Below are positions 25,847-33,379 of a stretch of DNA of 47,430 bases, piece after piece. A model generated the notes under the pieces. That model was not told the DNA's origin. It did no database searches and saw only the letters and a program-made list of their open reading frames with translations. This DNA is from Methanobacteriota archaeon. GTDB lineage: Archaea > Thermoplasmatota > Thermoplasmata > Lutacidiplasmatales > UBA184. Within the stretch, counting starts at the first letter, position 1. Each line of letters opens with the position of its first letter. The stretch covers positions 1 to 47,430 of the forward strand of contig JABCYU010000002.1 of assembly GCA_013290045.1 (NCBI GenBank), written 5' to 3'. The position numbers were made by a program, and so were the translations under genes.

Positions 25847-26075
25847 GACTCGCCCCGGTCAGGGATCCCGCGGTCACGACACCATACTCTGTGGCGCACG
25901 TGCACGTGCTCCCCTCGACCAACCCCTGCTTTGGGTCGTACTGGGCCCAGGTGCAGTGGTAAATGATCGGCTGCCGGTCTGGGTACCACTCGGTGTGCCA
26001 CTGCCACGGGTGACGGCATTTCGGGCAGAATGGGGTACGAGGGGGCCAAGTCGACGGGTCGGTCGTCTCAGGCAT
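25839..26075 (-). CDS. small Cys/His/Trp-rich Zn-binding protein (78 aa)
   Basis: CPKCRHPWQWH...HCTW...CTCATEYG. Convergent 8-nt overlap with 25469..25846. Confidence 0.65.
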   Translation of the reverse strand: MPETTDPSTWPPRTPFCPKCRHPWQWHTEWYPDRQPIIYHCTWAQYDPKQGLVEGSTCTCATEYGVVTAGSLTGASLR

Positions 26076-26092
26076 AGCCCGTCCGCCTCCGC

Positions 26093-26869
26093 TCAGTGAC
26101 CAGTAATCTCACCGAGGAGGCCTTCCCTGTTCTCCCAGGTTCCGACATGGTCGACCCGTCGTCGGAGGATTGGCATGATGGAATGCCATACGTCCTCGTC
26201 CACGGAATCGTCAAGAAGGGCGGCCGACCGGAACTTGGTCCGGGCGTCCCGAATCTCGAGGAAGTTGACAATCACTTTGTTCGCTAGAACCCCGGCGTAG
26301 CCTGGAGTCTCCGAGTGGAGCGCGTACATCAGCTCGGGGGGCTGCTTCGGCACCTCGAGCGTGAAATCAACGACGTACCTCCGTCCTGAGATCCCAGCAT
26401 AGTCCACCCCCCGGCGACGTTCGATGCCTGCCTCCTGCAGCCATTCGTCGACGTCGTCGCCGAAAGCGAGAGCCGTTCGCGATTTGGCCGTCATGATGAT
26501 GTGCTGGGTGGAGCGAATGGCCTCTGTCATCCGAAGTAGCCCATCGGAGAGCTCGGCGAGGGGTACCGTGGACAGCAGCTCGCTCTCGGTGGAACGGACG
26601 CCCAAGCGCCTGAGGGTAGTGTCGAAGAACCACCGCTGCCGCGAGGCAGGCTTGAGATCGATTCCGTGCAGATAGAGGAATCCGATAGACTCTCCGAGGT
26701 CGGATATCGTCGCCTCGTCACCAGAGACATGGACCTTCAGTTCGATGGGGTCGTTGTCCGGGTTCAGAAATGGGGTAACCAAGATGCAATCGTCATCCTC
26801 CGAACGGACGGAGTACTGCGACTCGAGGCTGGTGACGAATCTAGAGAGGATCTTAGCGCATTCCGTCAT
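26093..26869 (-). CDS. two-domain protein resembling DUF1828/DUF1829 family proteins (assignment tentative)
   Basis: 258 aa. The N-domain ILVTPFLNPDNDPIELKVHVSGDEATISDLGES fits my recollection of DUF1828. It needs an HMM check. TGATG coupling to the upstream gene. Confidence 0.8.
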   Translation of the reverse strand: MTECAKILSRFVTSLESQYSVRSEDDDCILVTPFLNPDNDPIELKVHVSGDEATISDLGESIGFLYLHGIDLKPASRQRWFFDTTLRRLGVRSTESELLSTVPLAELSDGLLRMTEAIRSTQHIIMTAKSRTALAFGDDVDEWLQEAGIERRRGVDYAGISGRRYVVDFTLEVPKQPPELMYALHSETPGYAGVLANKVIVNFLEIRDARTKFRSAALLDDSVDEDVWHSIMPILRRRVDHVGTWENREGLLGEITGH

Positions 26870-27441
26870 CAGTAGTCTCCAATCTCTTTCTGGATTCGAA
26901 TGGTGCCCCGCTCGACGCCGACCTCGACGAGGAAATCGGTCAGTGCCTGATTCGCATCCGTGAGGCTCACATCGGTGGTCCCGTACGCCCGGCTATCGCC
27001 GTACTCGGGATCCGCGAAGTGCTTGTGACCCCCCTTCGATCGCGTTTTCTGGACCGGGTCTAGGTGGCCGGGTCGCTTGTCCCACCTACGGATCACCACG
27101 GTGCCCTTGTAGAGGAGGGAGAATCCGAATCCCGTTCCGGTCGGGTTTCTCCAGCCTCTCACTCTGAGGGGAGTTCCGTCCGGGCATTCAAGCTCGACTA
27201 GGAGGTCACGAAACCCCCCCGTGCGGATGCCCCAGGTGATCGAGGTCAACACTCGCTTCGGCTGCGCCGCAGCGAGGTAATCCGCCTCCTCCTTGTCGAT
27301 CGGTGCTCCGGAGGTCAATGAGCCGGGATTCTGGGATGGGGTACATAAACCCGCCGGGGGCGCTAGGATGGTGTCCACCACCACCGACCGCCACACGCGC
27401 AATGGTACGGGTGGTTCGAGCATGGGTGCCAAATCGGTCAT
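26869..27441 (-). CDS. hypothetical protein (190 aa), unknown function
   Basis: Well-formed ORF, ATGA-coupled to the recombinase gene. Contains the His-rich segment IRRWDKRPGHLDPV...GGHKHFADPEYG. Confidence 0.8.
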   Translation of the reverse strand: MTDLAPMLEPPVPLRVWRSVVVDTILAPPAGLCTPSQNPGSLTSGAPIDKEEADYLAAAQPKRVLTSITWGIRTGGFRDLLVELECPDGTPLRVRGWRNPTGTGFGFSLLYKGTVVIRRWDKRPGHLDPVQKTRSKGGHKHFADPEYGDSRAYGTTDVSLTDANQALTDFLVEVGVERGTIRIQKEIGDY

Positions 27442-28091
27442 CTTGCCACACCCGCCGGAACCGGGTCCGCCCCCCTCGAAGCCTTGGGGGTCCCTTTTGA
27501 CACGCCTTCGCAGACCCGACGCACGGACGAGAGGGCTTCTTCGGGGAGACCGAGGCGGTCGAGGATACCCCTCCAGCTGGTCCCCCGCTTCCTAAGTGTC
27601 CGAGCCGTGTCAGGATCGAAGGCGTAGACACGGGGGCGTCCGAGGGCCTTCCCCTGAGCACGAGCTCGGGCCAGTCCGGCCTTGGTCCGGTCGGAGATCC
27701 TCAGGTGCTCCTGTTCGGCTACCCATGAGAGAACCGAAAGGAGCAACTCGGCAATCCTCGGGTCCGTCGCTCGGAGAAACGGCTCCTTGTAGGACACCAG
27801 TGGGGTCCCATACTCGTTGAGCCGCTTCAGCAGCTGGAGGGTCGGGCCGATGCCCTGGCGGGAGAACCGGTCCAGGGCCCAGACCAAGACGAGGTCGAAC
27901 TTCCGTTCGTGCGCGTGAGAGAGCAGCTGCTTCAGCTTCTCCCGATCGGGTTCCCAACCATGTTCGGTCTCCCGAAACTCCCCGGTGACCTCCCAGCCCT
28001 GTCTATCGGCGTATTCCCTAAGATCCCGAATCTGATTCTCGGTGTCCTGCTTCGAAGTGGATACCCGAGCGTAGATGGCGACTCGCGTCAC
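27438..28091 (-). CDS. small serine recombinase (resolvase/invertase family) with a C-terminal HTH
   Basis: VAIYARVSTSKQD (catalytic Ser), LVLVWALDRFSR, ISDRTKAGLARARAQGKALGRP, and a C-terminal HTH. GTG 28091 overlaps the HNH gene stop (GTGA). Confidence 0.9.
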   Translation of the reverse strand: MTRVAIYARVSTSKQDTENQIRDLREYADRQGWEVTGEFRETEHGWEPDREKLKQLLSHAHERKFDLVLVWALDRFSRQGIGPTLQLLKRLNEYGTPLVSYKEPFLRATDPRIAELLLSVLSWVAEQEHLRISDRTKAGLARARAQGKALGRPRVYAFDPDTARTLRKRGTSWRGILDRLGLPEEALSSVRRVCEGVSKGTPKASRGADPVPAGVAR

Positions 28092-28612
28092 GCTTCGACC
28101 TCCAGGCGCGACTGGTTCGGTGCGATGACGTACTTGGGCTTCGTCAGGAAGGCCGCTGTCTTCTTCCGGTGGCACTCGGAGCACAGGAGCTGGACGTTCT
28201 CAGGGTCGAGCGGATCGCCTCCCCTCGCGATTTCCACAATATGATCGTACTCCCAGCGCCATGTCTTCCACCGTGGGTCCGTGCTTTCGGGACTCCCCGC
28301 CCCGCACCCCCGACAGGTCCCGTCGTCCCGCTTCCAGACGACCCGCTTGGTGATGTGCCATGCGCGATAGTAGAGGTCATAGAAAGCGTCCGAGCAACCG
28401 GAGTGGTAAGCGGCACGTCGCCCCAGCTTATTCGGCGTAATCGGCTTGTGACACCCGAGGCAGTTCCGGGTTCTGCCAGATGCGGCGAGAGCGAGAAGAC
28501 GTCTGCCTTGGGCCGTCCACCCGTGCGGCGTCCCCTGGCCGAGGTGACCGAGGCGACGCTGCGTTCGTTCCCTCTGACGCTGGGCGACCTCTATAGGGTC
28601 CGTACGCCTCAC
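28088..28612 (-). CDS. HNH endonuclease
   Basis: CRGCG ... EYDHIVEIARGGDPLDPENVQLLCSECHRKKT, plus an N-terminal CLGC...C Zn motif. Confidence 0.85.
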   Translation of the reverse strand: MRRTDPIEVAQRQRERTQRRLGHLGQGTPHGWTAQGRRLLALAASGRTRNCLGCHKPITPNKLGRRAAYHSGCSDAFYDLYYRAWHITKRVVWKRDDGTCRGCGAGSPESTDPRWKTWRWEYDHIVEIARGGDPLDPENVQLLCSECHRKKTAAFLTKPKYVIAPNQSRLEVEA

Positions 28613-28803
28613 AGGGAGGGTCCTATCGCGAGAAGCACGGCCAGAGCCGCCCGTCGCTCAGAAGTCCCGACTTTTCGGCCCCGTTTTCTCCGCGATCGGT
28701 GCCGACCCTTGCCAAGAGCCGGAATCCCCGTCACTTTTCGAGACGGTTCCTTTTGAAGATGTCGACCGGTTGTGCCGACCTTTGCGGAAGTCGGAACGGT
28801 CAT
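28609..28803 (-). CDS. small very basic protein (64 aa), starts MTVPT
   Basis: ATGA-coupled at both ends. KGRHRSRRKRGRKVG. Confidence 0.55.
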   Translation of the reverse strand: MTVPTSAKVGTTGRHLQKEPSRKVTGIPALGKGRHRSRRKRGRKVGTSERRAALAVLLAIGPSL

Positions 28804-29123
28804 GTCCAGCACCCAGTCTTGCTGTCAAAGGTTCCGGATTCCACGGGCTGCTCGGTCACCTTAACGATGCGGTAGTCGGGTTCCCACGGACGGTGACCGG
28901 GTGGATGGATGAGTCTCGAGAACATGCCCCCCTTCTCGCGACGAAGGTGCTCCTCGAGTTCTCGTGCGTGCTCCCGGTGCCGCGCCTCGACGTAATTGAC
29001 CGCCTCATCACGACTATCGAACCCGCCCCTGAGAAAAAAATCGCGACGCCATCCGCTCTTTGGCCAGCGGAATTGAACTTCAAAGCGGACCTCGATCTCG
29101 TCGAGGGAGGTTGGAACGGTCAC
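28800..29123 (-). CDS. hypothetical protein (107 aa), starts (V)TVPT
   Basis: GTG 29123 overlaps the upstream TGA (GTGA). TVPTSLDEIEVRFEVQFRWPKSGWRRDFFLRGGFDSRDEAVNYVEARH... Confidence 0.65.
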   Translation of the reverse strand: MTVPTSLDEIEVRFEVQFRWPKSGWRRDFFLRGGFDSRDEAVNYVEARHREHARELEEHLRREKGGMFSRLIHPPGHRPWEPDYRIVKVTEQPVESGTFDSKTGCWT

Positions 29124-29380
29124 GGGAACCTCCATACGAAGCCGTGGGTGTGAGGGGAACGACCCGCGCAGCCAGGGAGTCGGTTCGCGCAGTTCTCAAC
29201 CGGAGTAGGCGACCTCTCCCACTCCACGAAAACAGGACACCTGCTCCTGAGCCCTAGGACCATCCGCCAACCGACCGCACAGGGAAAGGCATAGCAACCG
29301 AACGCTCTCTCTGGACCTCCGTGCAACCACCGCCCGTGCCTGCACCTTCGGCACTCGTCCGAGGGGGTCGGAACGGTCAT
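29120..29380 (-). CDS. Cys-rich small protein (86 aa), starts MTVPT
   Basis: MTVPTPSDECRRCRHGRWLHGG...CYAFPC. Composition is less convincing in the C-terminal half. Confidence 0.5.
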   Translation of the reverse strand: MTVPTPSDECRRCRHGRWLHGGPERAFGCYAFPCAVGWRMVLGLRSRCPVFVEWERSPTPVENCANRLPGCAGRSPHTHGFVWRFP

Positions 29381-30198
29381 CTACGGCCTCCCCGCTCGCC
29401 CAGTTCATGCCTGCACAGCCGATCGACGTCTCCAAGTTGCCAGTCGTCGGATGGAGGATACTTCGAGATCGTGGAACGGTGAAGGTCGAACTCGAGGACG
29501 GGACCCTTCTGGAACTCACCATGGCGATCCAGACCATTCGAAGAGGGCCGGTCGATCCCGCGTCCGGTAATCCGGTCTACTTTGTTGGGACCGCGACGAA
29601 CGTACGGACCTTGCGAACTCCTCGCTGAGGTGCGGTGATGGCGCCAAGGCCTTCCATTCCCGGGTGGCCGCTGGTTCTCTGGGTGAACTGCCCTGTGTGC
29701 GGCGCCAAGAACGACACCATGTTCCGGTTGATCGCCGGACCTGAGGTCCTGAGATCCCGAGATGCCGTCGCCCGCCACACGTGCTCGAGCTGCGGGAGGC
29801 TCTTCGAGTTCCGGTCGAAGGACACGTTCAACTGAGCGCCTACCGCTCACGTCCCCACCCTCCGAACCTCGGACCGCTGACGACTCTGCAGAGCCTCGGT
29901 GTACTCTACAGGGACCTTTCTGGCGTGGGTCGGGGCTTATGCGTACGCGGTCCAGCTCGCCGAAACGCTTGCCTCCGCTCAAGACATGGAGGAATCGGAA
30001 CGAGCGCGCCGAGAGTACATGGCCCGGGCCGGTAACCCGCCGGGAAGGGTGACCACCACCCGACGTTGAACGGGGGTGCCCGTCAGACACCGACCCCCCG
30101 ATGACTGAACAGAACCCGTTGTAGGGGTCGGAGTGCCCGGTGCCCTCGGTCTCAGCAAGTTGAGCCCGCCTGCGGAGCTCCGCGACGAGGTCGGTCAC
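29377..30198 (-). CDS. ORF with coding signal only in its 5' ~100 codons; the remainder mirrors plus-strand genes (3' end unresolved)
   Basis: The GTG overlaps the stop of 30195..30608 (GTGA), and its TGA overlaps the ATG at 29380. Hand-counted GC3 is ~72 % for the first 100 codons and ~52-55 % opposite 29635..29835. The frame is the exact codon mirror of the plus ORFs, so it stays open by default. Confidence 0.4.
   Translation of the reverse strand: MTDLVAELRRRAQLAETEGTGHSDPYNGFCSVIGGSVSDGHPRSTSGGGHPSRRVTGPGHVLSARSFRFLHVLSGGKRFGELDRVRISPDPRQKGPCRVHRGSAESSAVRGSEGGDVSGRRSVERVLRPELEEPPAARARVAGDGISGSQDLRSGDQPEHGVVLGAAHRAVHPENQRPPGNGRPWRHHRTSARSSQGPYVRRGPNKVDRITGRGIDRPSSNGLDRHGEFQKGPVLEFDLHRSTISKYPPSDDWQLGDVDRLCRHELGERGGRR
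29407..29628 (+). CDS. hypothetical small protein (73 aa)
   Basis: Beta-rich, protein-like sequence (IDVSKLPVVGWRILRDRGTVKVELEDGTLLELTMAIQ). GC3 ~66 % does not separate it from the mirror frame. Confidence 0.45.
   Translation: MPAQPIDVSKLPVVGWRILRDRGTVKVELEDGTLLELTMAIQTIRRGPVDPASGNPVYFVGTATNVRTLRTPR
29635..29835 (+). CDS. Zn-ribbon protein (66 aa)
   Basis: CPVCG ... CSSCG. Hand-counted GC3 is ~85 % versus ~52 % for the antisense mirror frame. Confidence 0.7.
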   Translation: MMAPRPSIPGWPLVLWVNCPVCGAKNDTMFRLIAGPEVLRSRDAVARHTCSSCGRLFEFRSKDTFN

Positions 30199-30608
30199 TG
30201 GGGTAACCTCTGAAGGGTTGCTACGACTCTGCCCCCCCTGGCAACGAGGTAGCGGTCCACTGAGAAGCCGTTCACCAGTCCCCATTCCGATACATAGGCC
30301 AAACGAAGCGCCCAGACTTCCAACACAACCACGCCGAGCACCTGCAGCCAGTCGAAGTACGGGTAGGCAATCCAAGCCCACGAAAAGACCCCGGCCCCCG
30401 CCAGTGCGAACGCTATGAACATTCGTCGAAACCATACCAGGATTCTGAATCCCAAGCGTCGCGCGCTCTCTTCCGAGTCCCGAAGGATGCGTGAAACCCC
30501 GAACACCTTCGTTCCCTGAACGAGCATTCCCTCCCAGTTAGCGTTCAGGGTGTCTACCACCGTGAAAACCTTCCCCGCGGGGGTCCGGTCCCCACTGAAC
30601 AGGTTCAT
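30195..30608 (-). CDS. membrane protein (137 aa)
   Basis: TM segments FIAFALAGAGVFSWAWIAY and LQVLGVVVLEVWALRLAYV. ATGA coupling upstream. Confidence 0.8.
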   Translation of the reverse strand: MNLFSGDRTPAGKVFTVVDTLNANWEGMLVQGTKVFGVSRILRDSEESARRLGFRILVWFRRMFIAFALAGAGVFSWAWIAYPYFDWLQVLGVVVLEVWALRLAYVSEWGLVNGFSVDRYLVARGGRVVATLQRLPQ

Positions 30609-30850
30609 GGTGCAACCTCCTCACCCGACGCGAATTTGTCGAGCGGCCCGGAGAACTCGTGATCAGCCCACCATGGGCCTCTGAGTCTCCGCCTGCTCTT
30701 GGCGAACCGAAGTCGAGTCGCCACCTCTTGATCGGCACGCTCGAGCGCGTCCTGGGTCGATTCCCCCTCCCGGACTTCGATCTCCACGTCGACCTCTATG
30801 TTGGCGAACTCTCCCTCGTAGGTCTCTCTCCGTGCGATTCGTACCTTCAT
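30605..30850 (-). CDS. hypothetical acidic protein (81 aa)
   Basis: MKVRIARRETYEGEFANIEVDVEIEVREGESTQDALERA... ATGA-coupled at both ends. Confidence 0.75.
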   Translation of the reverse strand: MKVRIARRETYEGEFANIEVDVEIEVREGESTQDALERADQEVATRLRFAKSRRRLRGPWWADHEFSGPLDKFASGEEVAP

Positions 30851-31248
30851 GCAATCCCCGATCCATTCTCCACGAGATGCCGCCTTGCCCAGTCACGAAG
30901 CTCTCGCCACTCATCGACTGTTTCCGGCCACACGTCGTCGGGCTTCTCCGCCGGAACTGGCTCATGCCACGAATGGACTGGGAGTCCCGCCTCGTATACC
31001 CGACGGGGCATCGTGTGGTCGAAAAATCGAGTCTTCCAAGCTGTAGGGGGGTGGATCAGCGAGAGCGACCGCCTCCCGCACAGAGTGCACGTCTCGTACC
31101 GCTTCCCCGAGGTAGTCGATGGCCTTCCAGCGGTCGGGCCGACTAGGATGGCATTACAGCACGGGGAACGAAGGTCCACGAGCTTTGTCCCGCGAGCGGC
31201 GTGCCAGTGGTGTTGCTTCCCGCACGTCAGGCACTTAGCCCAGCTCAT
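30847..31248 (-). CDS. Zn-ribbon protein (133 aa)
   Basis: MSWAKCLTCGKQHHWH...SPCCN...CTLCG. Internal ATG of track ORF 30847..31470, with an ATGA overlap upstream. Confidence 0.75.
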   Translation of the reverse strand: MSWAKCLTCGKQHHWHAARGTKLVDLRSPCCNAILVGPTAGRPSTTSGKRYETCTLCGRRSLSLIHPPTAWKTRFFDHTMPRRVYEAGLPVHSWHEPVPAEKPDDVWPETVDEWRELRDWARRHLVENGSGIA

Positions 31249-31364
31249 GGTCGGACTCCCGGGCACTCGTTCGTGTAAGCCGGGTCCGGAATTGTCCCCG
31301 GGACGAACCAAAGGTGGCGTTCGTGGGGCGCGTCGTTCGGACATGGTTCGACGTCTCCCGGCAT
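31245..31364 (-). CDS. micro-ORF (39 aa)
   Basis: MPGDVEPCPNDAPHERHLWFVPGTIPDPAYTNECPGVRP. Coupled at both ends (TGATG and ATGA). Confidence 0.4.
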   Translation of the reverse strand: MPGDVEPCPNDAPHERHLWFVPGTIPDPAYTNECPGVRP

Positions 31365-31996
31365 CAGCACTCCCCAGAACATGATGCGGACCCGCAGAAC
31401 TGGCATGGTCTCCTGTAGAGCACTCCGGAAGTGGGGGCTGAGAGACGAGCGTAAGCCTGCAGGAATGCACGCCTCGCGGCCCCGGGAGCCAGCGGAACGG
31501 GGCGGAGTCCGCAATCCGGCCAATTGAACACGTCCCAGTCCTTGCGCAGGAGACCGAGAGCTTCCGCCTCTGACCTCAGCATCAGCCTGTCCGCTTCCTT
31601 CACAGTGGCAGGCTCGGGACCTCTCAGCCCGAACGATTCGAGAATGGCAGCCGTAGTTCTGCTCTCGAGCGCTCGGTAACCGGCCATCTCTGGGAGGTAC
31701 TTGATCGGTCGAGGAATGTCTACCAAATACGCCTCGCTCGCGTCGTGAAGCAAACCCCAGAGCCCGGCACCCGAGGACTCGGCGAGCTGAGCGACCAAAA
31801 CGGAGTGCTCGGCTACCGAATAGAATCGATTGCAGTGTCCGGCGAAGCGGCAGGTCAGGGAAAGAGCGTGCGCGATGTCGGCGATGTCGAATACGGACCC
31901 CTCCGGGTCCTTCGGGTAGAAGTGTTGACCGGACTGGGTCGTGATCCAAAATGCGTGCGGATCCTCGGCGACCCCTTCGGTGGCGTGGGTCATCAT
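31364..31996 (-). CDS. HD-domain phosphohydrolase (YfbR/5'-deoxynucleotidase-like)
   Basis: IADIAHALSLTCRFAGH...YSVAEHSVLVA...LLHDASEAYLVDIPRPIK. ATG 31996 is chosen because it overlaps the stop of the upstream micro-ORF. Confidence 0.85.
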   Translation of the reverse strand: MMTHATEGVAEDPHAFWITTQSGQHFYPKDPEGSVFDIADIAHALSLTCRFAGHCNRFYSVAEHSVLVAQLAESSGAGLWGLLHDASEAYLVDIPRPIKYLPEMAGYRALESRTTAAILESFGLRGPEPATVKEADRLMLRSEAEALGLLRKDWDVFNWPDCGLRPVPLAPGAARRAFLQAYARLSAPTSGVLYRRPCQFCGSASCSGEC

Positions 31997-32115
31997 GCCG
32001 GGACCCTCTTGCACCAGCCGCGAAGGTGCCCGTACCCGTCACCGTACTGCCGGAGCAACTCGCCGCAGGCGAGGCAGCAGCTCGAGCCCGACGTATAGCT
32101 GTCGCTAGACGTCAC
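31993..32115 (-). CDS. micro-ORF (40 aa), Cys-rich; not in the ORF track
   Basis: Own translation: VTSSDSYTSGSSCCLACGELLRQYGDGYGHLRGWCKRVPA. The GTG overlaps the MTase stop (GTGA) and its TGA overlaps the HD ATG (ATGA). Confidence 0.35.
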   Translation of the reverse strand: MTSSDSYTSGSSCCLACGELLRQYGDGYGHLRGWCKRVPA

Positions 32116-33377
32116 GGAGCCGTCACCTCCGCGAACGCCCTCAGGTCAGTCCCCTGGGGCCTGGCTACCTTCTCTTCGGCGAAGGTTGCCGAGGTTTCGG
32201 AGAGCTCAATTCCAATGGATCGGCGTCGGAGGCGCCGTGCGACCCGGAGGGTGGTACCGCTCCCCACGAACGGATCCAGAACGAGATCGCCGGGACGGGT
32301 GGAGGCGGTGATGCAGAGCTCGGGTAACGTGTCTGGGAACACGGCCACGTGCCTGCCTTCACCATTGCCGGTCGAAAGGAACCAAGTGTCCGGCAGCATC
32401 GACCCGCCGCGCTCCGCGAGCCTCTGGATAATGCGCCGCTTCAGGTCGGACGGATCCTGCGCCCCTGCAGCCTCGTAGAGCGAGTACTCCTTGCCATCAG
32501 GGGCCAGCGCCTTCTTCGAATCGCTGCGGTAGGCGACCGAGATTTCGCGTATTGTACTCGGCACGTAGGGCTGCCTCAGCGCCTCCTCGTTGTAGAACGG
32601 GTCGGCGGTCTTCGTGAACATCGTGACGTACTCGTGGGACCTGAAGGGGCGGTCCTCGACGTTCTCGTGCTTGCCGTTCAGCTTCCACCACTGGACGTCA
32701 GAGCGCAGCCACCAGCCCGCGTGATGCATCGCAAGGCCGAATAGCCACGGGACCGGCACCAGTTCCTTCCGTTTCCACCCGGGAGCACGCTTGTCGAACC
32801 GGCCCGACTGCTCGGAACCGATCTGGGGCTTCCCTTCGAACTGGCTCTTGTCCCATCGTCGTTCGGGATGGTTGCCAGAGGGGTAGGTCGCGTAGGTGGC
32901 CCCCAGGTTTACCCACAGGGTGCCGTCGGGCCGGAGGATCCTGCGCACCTCGTCGAACACGAGAACGAGGTGTTCGACGAACATCTCCGGCGTAGGTTCC
33001 TGACCGAGCTCACCCCTCCAGGCACCGCAAACGCAAGCCTCTCCGCCCACGGCGTCGTAGTTGGCCGGCGAAGCGCCGTTGAACCGCACGGGGTCGTAGT
33101 TGGGCAGCGCAAGCCTCTCCGGTTTCCTGTAGGCGCTGTTCTTCCCTTCGTCCTCAACGCTGCGCGCACGGCGAGGTACCGTTTCGGACCACTCGTGGGG
33201 ATGGGCAGCGTCTCCGGCCCACAGCTGCGGTGCGGTTCCGTACGACCGCTGCCCCCAGTACGGTGGGCTCGTGACAACCGCCTGTACGGATTCCTCCGGC
33301 ATGGACCGCAGAACGTCGATCGCATGGCCGCGCAGCACGACTGGGGCGAGTTCCGAGGGGGATCCTCGTGACTCCAC
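32112..33377 (-). CDS. beta-class N4-cytosine/N6-adenine DNA methyltransferase
   Basis: Motif IV VVTSPPYW lies N-terminal to motif I LVLDPFVGSGTT (the beta permutation). SPPY favours N4-C but is not decisive. No adjacent restriction enzyme was recognised. Confidence 0.9.
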   Translation of the reverse strand: MESRGSPSELAPVVLRGHAIDVLRSMPEESVQAVVTSPPYWGQRSYGTAPQLWAGDAAHPHEWSETVPRRARSVEDEGKNSAYRKPERLALPNYDPVRFNGASPANYDAVGGEACVCGAWRGELGQEPTPEMFVEHLVLVFDEVRRILRPDGTLWVNLGATYATYPSGNHPERRWDKSQFEGKPQIGSEQSGRFDKRAPGWKRKELVPVPWLFGLAMHHAGWWLRSDVQWWKLNGKHENVEDRPFRSHEYVTMFTKTADPFYNEEALRQPYVPSTIREISVAYRSDSKKALAPDGKEYSLYEAAGAQDPSDLKRRIIQRLAERGGSMLPDTWFLSTGNGEGRHVAVFPDTLPELCITASTRPGDLVLDPFVGSGTTLRVARRLRRRSIGIELSETSATFAEEKVARPQGTDLRAFAEVTAP

Positions 33378-33379
33378 GG

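Noticed and set aside
29380-29900. Invertible DNA segment flipped by the nearby serine recombinase
   Set aside because: I could not find convincing inverted repeats flanking the plus-strand islet, only weak similarity between the flanks. The idea is kept as a hypothesis inside a finding, not as a feature.
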